The notes: generated by a model from the letters alone, not told the origin. Shown: positions 9,118 to 18,034, counted from the first letter of the stretch. The stretch is 29,146 nt of DNA from Candidatus Thorarchaeota archaeon (GCA_011364905.1 RDNZ01000037.1:1-29146), one strand, 5' to 3'. Program-made: numbers and translations.

Positions 9118-9630
9118 ATGGAGATAAATCAGGAGCTGGTTGATGCAATAAACGACCAGCTGAATTTTGAACTATACAGCGGGTTCATCTACCTATCAAT
9201 GGCAACTTGGTTTGAGGAACATTACCTCTCAGGATTTGCCCATTGGATGGAGGTACAATATCAGGAAGAGTTTAACCACGCAATGAGATTCTATCGGCAT
9301 CTCACTGAACGCGGAGCAAGAGTAATCATGAAGCAGATTGATGCTCCAAAGACAGAATGGAATTCAGCCGCTGAAATTTTCGCTGAGGCATACCAACACG
9401 AAAAGATTGTGACTGAGAGGATCTATAAAATCGGCGAACTTGCACAAAAAGCAGGGGATCAATCAACCCAGTCGATGCTAATCTGGTTTTACAACGAACA
9501 GACCGAGGAAGAAAAGAATACCATGGAACTTCGTGACAAACTCAAGATGATAGGAGATTCTATAGCAGCTTTGATGCAACTAGATGCAATGGCAAGAGGT
9601 CGTCCACCGGCAGAGCCAGTTCCATCTTAG
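9118..9630 (+). CDS. ftnA: Non-heme ferritin
   Basis: INDQLNFELYS..Y, QYQEEFNHA, HEKIVT and NEQTEEE supply the ferroxidase-centre residues of prokaryotic Ftn. SD GAGGTG at 9105-9110 favours ATG 9118 over TTG 9103. Confidence 0.93.
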   Translation: MEINQELVDAINDQLNFELYSGFIYLSMATWFEEHYLSGFAHWMEVQYQEEFNHAMRFYRHLTERGARVIMKQIDAPKTEWNSAAEIFAEAYQHEKIVTERIYKIGELAQKAGDQSTQSMLIWFYNEQTEEEKNTMELRDKLKMIGDSIAALMQLDAMARGRPPAEPVPS

Positions 9631-9675
9631 TCAACAGCGCCATAAAACTGCACTGAATACATTACTGAGTTTCAC

Positions 9676-9712
9676 CCGGAGGGCAAGAAGCACCTCCGGA
9701 GACTAATTTTTT
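9676..9712 (+). terminator. Hairpin plus U-tract after ferritin
   Basis: CCGGAGG (9676-9682)/CCTCCGG (9693-9699) followed by AATTTTTT. Confidence 0.6.
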
Positions 9713-9792
9713 CCAACTCAGCGTAAATTCGCACAAGACGTAGACTACTTATGTGAGAATATCACCCGATTTTTCATCTGTGAGAGGATAGT

Positions 9793-11784
9793 ATGCTACC
9801 GGATGACATTATCAAAGCTGTAAGGCGCAATATTTCAGGAATCAGCGCAAAAGATTTTGCGACTGCAATTTCGAATTACCATAGAATTCAAGCAAGTCCA
9901 GGGTTCTCTGAGGCTATTGAGTATCTTAGGACAACAATTGCATCGAATTCGGACGCAAAGGTGAAACTTTTCGAATACCCTGCGGACGGCAAGATTGCCG
10001 CTGGAACTTGGAAAAACCCATTCGGTTGGGAAGCAAAAGAGGGGAAGCTCGATCTTCTAGTACCTGAAGAAAAAACGCTTGCAGACTATAGTGCAGAACC
10101 AATATCGTTGATTGCTCATTCAACATCAGCAGACATTGAAACTGATGTTGTTTATGTTGGCAAAGGCCTAACCGCATCTGACTATGAAGGGAAGGATGTG
10201 AAGGGGAAACTGGTTCTTACTGAAAGCCTTGCACGAAATGTCCATGATGTGGCGGTTCTCAAGTATGGTGCAGCAGGTCTGCTTACCTTTGTTCCACCTA
10301 GTGGGATTGATGAACTTGCAGAACTAAGACGGTACGACGCCATTTGGCCAAGCGCAGAGAATAAGGATAGAACTGCTTTTGGATTCTCACTCAAACAGGG
10401 CGATGGTGTGAAGATGAAACAATGGTTGCAGGAAAGCAAGGTAGTTACGGTGAAAGCAAAGGTCGACGCAGCCCTTGGTGTTGGAAAGATAAAGGTCCTT
10501 TCAGCTCTTCTGCCTGGAGAAGACCAGAACAAGGAAATCTGGCTTGCTGCTCACATTTGTCATCCCAAACCAGGTGCAAACGATAACGCTTCAGGAAGCG
10601 GCGCTCTGCTCGAAATCCTACGAGTTTTATCAAGTTTAATCAAAGCAGAAAAAATTCCGAAGCTAGCGTTCTCAATCAGATTTCTATGGATTCCTGAATG
10701 GTCGGGAACAATCCAGTTCATACACAACGAACAGGATATTCTCAAGCGCTGCATAGCAATGATAAATCTGGATATGGTCGGTGCCAATCCTGCAAAATCG
10801 GGATCAGTACTTCATCTATATAGAACTCCGTTCTCACTGCCTACAACGTTGAACAATGTTGTTCGATATTGGCAGAGGATTGAAGCAAAAGAAAAGGATG
10901 AGCGACTTGAAGGAGGAATGGTTGCACCGCTCCCATATCAGTATAGTAGATATTCTGCAGGCAGTGACCATTTCATGCTGACCGATAGCACTGTTAGAAT
11001 TCCAGCAGTGATGCTCAATCAATATCCAGATAGGTTTTATCACACATCAACAGACACTCCTGATAAATTGGATCGAAGGCAAATGGGATATGCTTCTCGA
11101 ATTGGAGCTTTGTCTGCTCTTTCACTGACACTTCCAAAACATGTCTATGAAGAAACCTTACTCACCGAGTGCAGGAATGAGTTTGTAGAGCTAATGCAGG
11201 AAGTGAGTATTCGTGGTGTGACCGAACTCTCACGATGCCTTGGTGATCCTGAAAAGATCTATCCAAGAGTTATTCGTTGGCTTGGTTTGGCTCATGATCT
11301 TGGCCAAGAAACTCTAGATAAAGCAACAAGTGAGTGGTCACTTATAGATGAGCAAGAATCTTTACGACAATCACTAAAGACAAGCCTGCAAATGGTCTAT
11401 ACGACTGAAATGGTAGTAGCAAGGAAGGCGTATGAAGGAGCCTGTGCAGAAGTTGGGATGGAAGCCAAGGAGGAAGACCAAATTCCACTTCATATGATAA
11501 GTTTCAGAACTGAAATCAAGAGGAAGTACACACATGCAATGAGTCCTGGTTTTATCATTAGAAGTCTTGGCGACAAAGGGCATGAATATAGAAAGATGAG
11601 TGAGGAGCGCGAGATGATTTTCGCATCCATTGATGAGATGCTTAATATGGCAAAGGAGTGGACATCGCTCGATGACATCTGGGACATGATATGTTTCCAA
11701 TTCAGAGACATAGAATCAGGCAAAATGATTGAAATCGTAAAGGACCTGACAGAAGCAGGAATCGTCGAATCCAGGAGTGTGTGA
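9793..11784 (+). CDS. M28-family metallopeptidase (DUF4910-like) with PA domain and C-terminal helical extension
   Basis: Zn-ligand motifs AHICH, GANDNASG, PEWSG, NLDMVG, GSDH and YHTSTD. The PA insert reads VVYVGKG...DYEGKDVKGKLVL. Confidence 0.85.
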   Translation: MLPDDIIKAVRRNISGISAKDFATAISNYHRIQASPGFSEAIEYLRTTIASNSDAKVKLFEYPADGKIAAGTWKNPFGWEAKEGKLDLLVPEEKTLADYSAEPISLIAHSTSADIETDVVYVGKGLTASDYEGKDVKGKLVLTESLARNVHDVAVLKYGAAGLLTFVPPSGIDELAELRRYDAIWPSAENKDRTAFGFSLKQGDGVKMKQWLQESKVVTVKAKVDAALGVGKIKVLSALLPGEDQNKEIWLAAHICHPKPGANDNASGSGALLEILRVLSSLIKAEKIPKLAFSIRFLWIPEWSGTIQFIHNEQDILKRCIAMINLDMVGANPAKSGSVLHLYRTPFSLPTTLNNVVRYWQRIEAKEKDERLEGGMVAPLPYQYSRYSAGSDHFMLTDSTVRIPAVMLNQYPDRFYHTSTDTPDKLDRRQMGYASRIGALSALSLTLPKHVYEETLLTECRNEFVELMQEVSIRGVTELSRCLGDPEKIYPRVIRWLGLAHDLGQETLDKATSEWSLIDEQESLRQSLKTSLQMVYTTEMVVARKAYEGACAEVGMEAKEEDQIPLHMISFRTEIKRKYTHAMSPGFIIRSLGDKGHEYRKMSEEREMIFASIDEMLNMAKEWTSLDDIWDMICFQFRDIESGKMIEIVKDLTEAGIVESRSV

Positions 11785-11787
11785 GGA

Positions 11788-12276
11788 CTGGAGTCAAGTG
11801 GCTGGCTATACGACAAGGTAGTATTTGCCGGCACATTTGACCATCTACACGAGGGCCACAAACATATCATCCGTACAGCTTTCAAGATGAGCAGGATGGT
11901 TGCATTCGGGCTAACAACAGACCAAATGCTCGCCTACAAGAGTGATAGAAAGCTCATTCAGCCATACGAGGAGCGCCATAAAGAACTCGAGAAGTTCATA
12001 CAATCGAATTTCGAGAAGGAACGAGCAAGCATATTTCCAATCGAAACAACTGAGGGCGGAGCAGACAAGATGAAAGACTTGGATGCGCTCATCGTTTCTG
12101 ACGAGATTGGTGTTGTTCAGAATGCATTTGACATAAACCAGAAGCGAATTGACAATGGACTCCGGAGATTTCACATCATCGTGATACCCCGAGTCCGAAC
12201 AAAGGATGGAAGACCGCTCTCATCATCTAGAATTCGACGCGGAGAAACTTTTCACGAGGATGAGCTCATCTATTAG
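11788..12276 (+). CDS. coaD: Archaeal/eukaryote-type phosphopantetheine adenylyltransferase (probable CTG start)
   Basis: The frame upstream of ATG 11887 encodes VVFAGTFDHLHEGH (HxGH motif). It continues with GLTTD, PYEER, DALIVSDE, IN.KR...GL and LSSSRIR.GE. The only start-like codon before the motif is CTG 11788, giving 162 aa. Confidence 0.85.
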   Translation: MESSGWLYDKVVFAGTFDHLHEGHKHIIRTAFKMSRMVAFGLTTDQMLAYKSDRKLIQPYEERHKELEKFIQSNFEKERASIFPIETTEGGADKMKDLDALIVSDEIGVVQNAFDINQKRIDNGLRRFHIIVIPRVRTKDGRPLSSSRIRRGETFHEDELIY

Positions 12277-13528
12277 GGAACGCTAGGTTTTCTGTGAACC
12301 TCTTTTTGAACTCTGGATTATCAGTCAACTCAATGTATTTCGCGATTGACGCAATTTCCTCAGCTTGCTTTTGGTAGTTCTGACGGTGCATTAGGTTAGC
12401 TCCGATACTTGCTCCTCCTTTCACTTGTTTCACATCAACACTGACTAAGTCTGGAAGTAAGCCAATTCGTATGGCATCGGAAATATTCAGATCTGAACCG
12501 AATACTCCAGTGAGGTAAAGAGTATCGATATCGGCTGGATTCAACTTCGCCTGTTTTAGAACTATACTGAGCGCAGAACGAATGGATGACTTTGATTGTT
12601 GAATCATGCGGATGTCTGGTTGGGTCAAGACAATGCTGGATTCAGTTGCGGATTCTGATGCGGTAGCTAGAACATAATGGACTATCGGTGTATCTGTGAC
12701 TAACCATGGTGTTTTCATTTCCCGATTAAACGATCCTCTGGAAAACAAAATTCCGGATTCTAACATACTGGCTATAGCGGAAATGACACCCGTTCCACAG
12801 ATTCCTGTAGGTTTTTCATCGCCTATGACATCGATGTGTGGTCGAGAGTCCAAAGAATCAATTAATACCCGATTAATCGCACCCACATCACCTGATGTCC
12901 CGTACTCTAATGACATGCCTTCAAATGCAGGGCCTGAAGCGGCAGAAGCAATCCAAATTTCATTCTCATTGATCGCTGCGATTTCTGTATTTGTGCCGAT
13001 ATCAATTGAAACGAGTTTCAATTCTGAATTAAAAAAGCCACTTGCCAGCATCATTGCTACAGCATCAGGACCAACAAATGATTCGATTACTGGAGGCGAA
13101 TAGCAAGTTGCATTGGCATGAAGATCTATCCCTACTTCAGTGGCCTTCTTCAATATAGCACCTTTATGTTCTGCAAGGTAGGGTGCTTTCAGAAGGGTCG
13201 AAGTAGAGAGTCCAAAGAATAGATGATGCATGACTGTGTTTCCAACTATCACAACTGAGTTGACTGATTCCCTATCGCAATTTGCCATATCAATAAGCCG
13301 AGTGATACCATCATTGACTGTCTTTCGCACAAGATTCATCATCACGTCGGCGTCATCTCGCTTACGAGCGAAATCTATGCGAGAAATCACTTCCTCCCCA
13401 AATTCACGCTGAGGATTTCTGAGTTTAATCTCTTCTCTGCTGTCTCCATCTTCCAAGCTAGTAAGTTGAAGTGTGATGTTTGTCGTGCCAATATCAACTG
13501 AGATTCCATACTTTCCTGGACTTTCCAC
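12266..13528 (-). CDS. ASKHA-type ATPase of the RACo/RamA (DUF4445) corrinoid-activator family, without an Fe-S domain
   Basis: Motifs DIGTT, NPQ..FG.EVISRI, GNTVMHHLF, DIGTNTEI, ASGPAFEG, GICGTG, TQPDIR.IQ.SK and G.FG are all present. Confidence 0.85.
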   Translation of the reverse strand: MESPGKYGISVDIGTTNITLQLTSLEDGDSREEIKLRNPQREFGEEVISRIDFARKRDDADVMMNLVRKTVNDGITRLIDMANCDRESVNSVVIVGNTVMHHLFFGLSTSTLLKAPYLAEHKGAILKKATEVGIDLHANATCYSPPVIESFVGPDAVAMMLASGFFNSELKLVSIDIGTNTEIAAINENEIWIASAASGPAFEGMSLEYGTSGDVGAINRVLIDSLDSRPHIDVIGDEKPTGICGTGVISAIASMLESGILFSRGSFNREMKTPWLVTDTPIVHYVLATASESATESSIVLTQPDIRMIQQSKSSIRSALSIVLKQAKLNPADIDTLYLTGVFGSDLNISDAIRIGLLPDLVSVDVKQVKGGASIGANLMHRQNYQKQAEEIASIAKYIELTDNPEFKKRFTENLAFPNR

Positions 13529-13555
13529 AGGAAATTTCCACGTCCTAAAATTGAT

Positions 13556-14008
13556 TCACCGAACTATCATCACGGGACAATGTGCGTCTCTCGCAACCTT
13601 GTCACTTATTGATCCGACAAACAGTCTGCGTATACCACTAAGACCACGTGAGCCAAGTATGATAACGTCGGTGCCTCTTTCACTTGCGATATTGATTATC
13701 TTGGATGCTGGGTCTCCATGTGTAATCATATCGATGGCTTCACAATTACAGTCGCTTGCAATGGTTTTTGCTCGAGCGAGAATGTCTTCTCCAACCTTCT
13801 GAAGAGCCAAGAAGGGCTGGTCAGAAACTGTGTCATGATAAGGTGTGGCTGACACTAACATGGGCACAACGTGAAGCAATACAACCTCTGCACCCAATGG
13901 AGGACCCATAGCACATGCATAACGAACTGCTTTCAGGGAGTGTTCAGAGCCATCAACTGCAACCAAAATGCTCTTGATCTTAACAGCATCAGCGTCCTCG
14001 TTCATCAC
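13556..14008 (-). CDS. Universal stress protein (UspA family)
   Basis: ILVAVDGSEHS..A at the N-terminus, G.P...I, and GSRGLSG.....VGSIS.KV...AHCPVMIVR (ATP-binding G-2x-G-9x-GS). Confidence 0.93.
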   Translation of the reverse strand: MMNEDADAVKIKSILVAVDGSEHSLKAVRYACAMGPPLGAEVVLLHVVPMLVSATPYHDTVSDQPFLALQKVGEDILARAKTIASDCNCEAIDMITHGDPASKIINIASERGTDVIILGSRGLSGIRRLFVGSISDKVARDAHCPVMIVR

Positions 14009-14169
14009 GCACTCTCTCTCGGCCCTCCAATGTGCTACGGACCTTATCTCTCTTTCCTATCTCCAGCAGCAAAACATCACTTGGAAACACTCGGCTGCTT
14101 TGAGTGAAAGACCCATAACTCTCCTAGCTCCTCATCATACCACATAATGCTTATCGAGGAAATAAGAAG

Positions 14170-14538
14170 ATGGGTCTCAATAAAATCAAAACTGAAGAAG
14201 ATGTGATACGAGCCACACTAGAAATACCAGGATACTCTGAGTTTGATAGCAGAGTCTACGCAGCCACTTTTGGGATTCCGAAAGGCAAAGTGAGCACATA
14301 TGGGAGAATCGCAAAAGAAATTGGGAGCCCCAAGGCATATCGGGCTGTAGCAAACTCACTTCATAGGAATCCACTCTTTCCTGTTGTTGCTTGTCATCGT
14401 GTTGTCAAGGAGGATGGAAGCTTTGGAGGCGACAGGAAAAGAGCAGAAGGAAGATGCAAGCACTGCGAGGACGAGGGAGTCCCGATTGAGAAAGGCAAGG
14501 TGAAGATGTCTAAAGACATCATTTTTCTAGAAAGGTAA
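14170..14538 (+). CDS. ogt: O6-alkylguanine DNA alkyltransferase (MGMT/Ogt family), C-terminal domain only
   Basis: IPKGKVSTYGRIA..IGSPKAYRAVAN....NP....VACHRVV, which retains the active-site Cys. Confidence 0.85.
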   Translation: MGLNKIKTEEDVIRATLEIPGYSEFDSRVYAATFGIPKGKVSTYGRIAKEIGSPKAYRAVANSLHRNPLFPVVACHRVVKEDGSFGGDRKRAEGRCKHCEDEGVPIEKGKVKMSKDIIFLER

Positions 14539-14632
14539 ACAGGTTTGCACTCTTGTTCTTAATCATAGGAGCGTGCATCCTCAATAACTCTGTATCTTTC
14601 TCCAAATCTCTGAAAGCCGTCTACTTCTGAGT

Positions 14633-16159
14633 CTATTCAAGGGAACTGAATTGGACTAAACCTTTCACCAGCCTACGCAGAGACTCCACAAGATGATCTT
14701 TGTGAACTCTGACTTGTTCCATCGAGTCTCGGTCTCTAATAGTGACAGTTCCATCTTCGAGCGTTGTGTAGTCTATTGTGACACAGAAGGGCGTTCCAAC
14801 TTCATCCTGACGTCGATACCGTTTCCCAATGGACCCGCCAACATCAAATTGAGACACAAAGCCAGCCTCCATGATATCATTGAAGATCTGCGTTGCAGGG
14901 CTTACTAACTCATCTTTGCCCATCAAAGGAAAGACCGCGACTTGAATTGGAGCTAACTCAGGAGGAAACTGAAGCCACTCCGTGTCGCGTTCATCACTCT
15001 CAGGTCGATATGAGTTGTCAAGCAAACAGAAAAGAGGTCTCTCAATCCCAAAAGCAATCTCAAGGACATTGGGAATAACAGGTTTCTTGTCCACCTTTAC
15101 ATGTAGTTTCTCCTTTGAGAATTCCTGGTGACGCGATAGGTCATAGTCGCCTCTGTCATGTACGCCGCAACATTCCACCCAGCCAAAGCTTTCGGTGTGT
15201 ATCTCAATGTCCCATGCATCAGCAGCGTAATGAGCCCGCTCTGTGGGAAGGTGTTGACGTAGTCGCATTTTATTCTCAGAAAATCCCATCTTTCGAAAGA
15301 TGTCGTACCCCAGATATACGCACCACGCGTAGGCAGGCTTTTGGAAGAATCCTTGCTTAATGGCATCAGATGTCTTTGTCATGACTGGCTTGAAGTTGCC
15401 TTTCTCTTGAGCCTGGTATGTGACCAGTGGAAGTTTCTCATTCTTTATGTCTTCAAACTGAGGCCACTCCATCTCATCCTTTTCTAGGAGGAAAATCTGA
15501 CCCTCAGTCTGTGTGAATTCTCGCAGACGAAGCATTCCCTGTCGCGGGGAGATCTCGTTTCGATACGCCTTGCCAATTTGAAAAACAGCAGCGGGAAGTT
15601 TGTCCCTGAAGAATGTGAGAAAACGCTTGAAGAGTAAATATGTGGTAGTTGCGGTTTCGGGTCTTAGGTATGCTTCCTGATTCAAACCCAAGCGAGTTTG
15701 CATCATAAGATTGTATGCCTTAACGGGACCAAGCTCACCCTTGCAGGATGGACAGACAAGTCCAATCTTTCTAATTGTTTCAGTGAGACCATCTGCAGTC
15801 TGACCAGCTATGTTTGTTTCAGGAAATTTCTCCAAGATCAGATTATCAGCACGATAAATCTGCCCACACTTGGTGCACTCGGTGACGGGATCAATGAATC
15901 CCTCTAAATGGCCCGATGCTCTCCAAACCTCCGCAGGGCTTACTGTTGGACACTCGACCTCCCAGAAATTCGCTCTTACGAAAGCGGCACGTATTTGATT
16001 CTCAAGTCGGTTCTTGAGCAATTTGCCAAGAGGACCCAAGTCGTAGAATCCAGAGCTGCCTCCATAAATCTCAGGTGATGGGCCCCAAATGAAACCGCGC
16101 TTTCTAGCTAGGCTCATTATGGTTTCATTGAAATCTCGCTCTGAACTCATCTTGCTCAA
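14633..16159 (-). CDS. glyS: Glycine--tRNA ligase, alpha2 (archaeal/eukaryotic) type
   Basis: EIYGG..GFYD.GPLG, ASGHLEGF.DP, YLRPETA, QIGKAYRNEISPRQG.LRLREF.Q.E, AHYA...WD, and anticodon-domain SIGKRYRRQDEVGTPFC.TID. The start is TTG 16159 or ATG 16150. Confidence 0.96.
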   Translation of the reverse strand: MSKMSSERDFNETIMSLARKRGFIWGPSPEIYGGSSGFYDLGPLGKLLKNRLENQIRAAFVRANFWEVECPTVSPAEVWRASGHLEGFIDPVTECTKCGQIYRADNLILEKFPETNIAGQTADGLTETIRKIGLVCPSCKGELGPVKAYNLMMQTRLGLNQEAYLRPETATTTYLLFKRFLTFFRDKLPAAVFQIGKAYRNEISPRQGMLRLREFTQTEGQIFLLEKDEMEWPQFEDIKNEKLPLVTYQAQEKGNFKPVMTKTSDAIKQGFFQKPAYAWCVYLGYDIFRKMGFSENKMRLRQHLPTERAHYAADAWDIEIHTESFGWVECCGVHDRGDYDLSRHQEFSKEKLHVKVDKKPVIPNVLEIAFGIERPLFCLLDNSYRPESDERDTEWLQFPPELAPIQVAVFPLMGKDELVSPATQIFNDIMEAGFVSQFDVGGSIGKRYRRQDEVGTPFCVTIDYTTLEDGTVTIRDRDSMEQVRVHKDHLVESLRRLVKGLVQFSSLE

Positions 16160-16374
16160 CTACTCAGCATCGTCGGTTGCTTGAGTCTTAAACCCTATGG
16201 TTATTGGATCTCATCTAGAATATTGGGATAGGTGATCTTCTCTTTACCAGTTGCGTATGAGTTAGTAGAGAAACTTGCAGACTCACTGTGTAAACAGTTT
16301 CTTTCATTAAAGATATTGAGGGCCATGCCAGCACTCTTTTATGGAATTAAAGAGGGATATTCAAAGAATGAGGC

Positions 16375-17643
16375 TTGACAATGGTTGACGATTCAGGGTT
16401 ATCCGGGTTCTACAGACTATCCAGAGAAGAAAGGGTGAAGAAGCTAAAGGAGGCTACTGGACTTGGTGATGAGGATTTAGGTCCACTTGTGAATCCTGGC
16501 GAGGTCGATATGAGTATACTTGACCATATGATTGAAAATGTGGTCGGAACAATGACGCTTCCGCTTGGAATTGCAACTAATTTTCTAATCAATGGCAAAG
16601 ACTACCTAATACCCATGGCCCTCGAGGAGCCATCCGTTGTTGCTGCTGCGAGCAATGCGGCACGAATGGCTAGACCGCATGGAGGTTTCACTGCTACTGA
16701 CACGGGACCAAACATGATTGCGCAAATCCAAGTCGTGGATGTCCCTTCGCCTGAGGAAGCGAAGTCAAAAATAATGGACACAAAAGATGCTCTTATTGAA
16801 TTCGCAAATGAGCAAGACCCGATTCTTGTGCGTTTTGGAGGAGGAGCCAAAGACCTCAGAGTGAGAATCTTTGACTCAAAGGTAGGTGTCATGCTCGTGA
16901 CTGAGTTGATCGTAGATACCCGTGATGCCATGGGAGCAAACGCAGTTAATACAATGGCGGAGGCTCTTGCACCTCGAATTGAGAGTATCACTGGAGGACG
17001 AGTCATCCTTAGAATTCTGTCTAACCTTGCAGAGTTTAGATTAATCAAGGCCAAAGCAACTTTCGATAAAGAAATGTTAGGCGGCGATGAAGTGGTTAAC
17101 GATATCGTTGCAGCGTGGGCATTTGCGGAAGCTGATCCTTACCGATGTGCCACGCACAACAAAGGTATAATGAATGGCATTGACGCAGTGGTAATTGCTA
17201 CCGGGAATGACTTCAGAGCAATTGAAGCTGGCGCTCATAGCTATGCCGCAATGAACGGGTACAGCTCTCTAACAAAGTACGAGAAGACACCAGAGGGACA
17301 TTTACTCGGAAGTATAGAGATACCCATGGCTGTCGGTCTAGTTGGTGGAGCAACCAAGATCCATCCAGCAGCCAGAGCAAGCGTCAAAATACTGGGAGTA
17401 AAAACAGCCACAGAGCTAGGACAAGTAATTGCGAGCGTGGGTTTGGCTCAAAACCTCGCTGCCCTTCGTGCCTTGGCCTCAGAGGGAATTCAGAAGGGGC
17501 ATATGGCTTTGCATGCCAGAAATGTAGCGGCGACTGCTGGGGCTCGAGGAGACCAGGTTGACATCATTGCAGAGAAACTTGTCAAAGAGAAGAACATCAA
17601 AGTTGAACGAGCTCAAGAATTACTTGCTGATTTGCAGAAATGA
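16375..17643 (+). CDS. mvaA: Class II (degradative/bacterial-type) hydroxymethylglutaryl-CoA reductase
   Basis: MIENVVG, EEPSVVAAAS, DAMGANAVN, ILSNL, THNKGIMNG, GNDFRA.EAGAH and GIQKGHM.LHA are class II HMGR motifs. Confidence 0.95.
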   Translation: MTMVDDSGLSGFYRLSREERVKKLKEATGLGDEDLGPLVNPGEVDMSILDHMIENVVGTMTLPLGIATNFLINGKDYLIPMALEEPSVVAAASNAARMARPHGGFTATDTGPNMIAQIQVVDVPSPEEAKSKIMDTKDALIEFANEQDPILVRFGGGAKDLRVRIFDSKVGVMLVTELIVDTRDAMGANAVNTMAEALAPRIESITGGRVILRILSNLAEFRLIKAKATFDKEMLGGDEVVNDIVAAWAFAEADPYRCATHNKGIMNGIDAVVIATGNDFRAIEAGAHSYAAMNGYSSLTKYEKTPEGHLLGSIEIPMAVGLVGGATKIHPAARASVKILGVKTATELGQVIASVGLAQNLAALRALASEGIQKGHMALHARNVAATAGARGDQVDIIAEKLVKEKNIKVERAQELLADLQK

Positions 17644-17658
17644 ACAAAGCAAGATGGT

Positions 17659-17682
17659 GTCGGGAGCACTCAGGCTCCCGAC
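17659..17682. terminator. Perfect 9-bp hairpin after HMGR (terminator or 3' stabiliser)
   Basis: GTCGGGAGC-ACTCAG-GCTCCCGAC, 15 nt after the stop. There is no U-tract directly after it on the + strand. Confidence 0.5.
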
Positions 17683-17870
17683 GAAGTAATTCCTAGCTAG
17701 TGATACAGGAATTTAGCCAGCAGGGCTAGTTCTCTCGCGACTCTTACATCTCTCCCTTCTCGCGAAACCTACACAGCACAATGCAGTATTATATACGTAA
17801 CCCGTATTTAAATTACACGTAAGCCAAAAAACATTTGTAATCACTAAGAGGTACGAGGTAACGTAAGAGG

Positions 17871-18023
17871 ATGAGGAAATTCGTCAAAGGTCGCTATGAA
17901 AACATCGCACATGCCGATAAATCGCAGAATCTACGTCAGAGCTACATTTTTGTAGAGCACAGACACCAAATGCACACCCTGTTCGGGCTCAGAGAAGATT
18001 CCGTCAGAGCAAAGAACGTGTAG
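17871..18023 (+). CDS. Possible small protein (50 aa)
   Basis: MRKFVKGRYENIAHADKSQNLRQSYIFVEHRHQMHTLFGLREDSVRAKNV*, preceded by GAGGT motifs and ending 11 nt before the next gene. No recognisable motif. Confidence 0.25.
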   Translation: MRKFVKGRYENIAHADKSQNLRQSYIFVEHRHQMHTLFGLREDSVRAKNV

Positions 18024-18034
18024 GTCGATATTGT

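Noticed and set aside
9595-9630. Ferritin Pro-rich tail as an encapsulin cargo-loading peptide
   Set aside because: It lacks the L.V/IGSL motif and no encapsulin gene is in the window.
11782-11784. Selenocysteine at the peptidase/CoaD TGA
   Set aside because: It does not correspond to a catalytic Cys position and I could not identify a SECIS-like element. CTG initiation is simpler.
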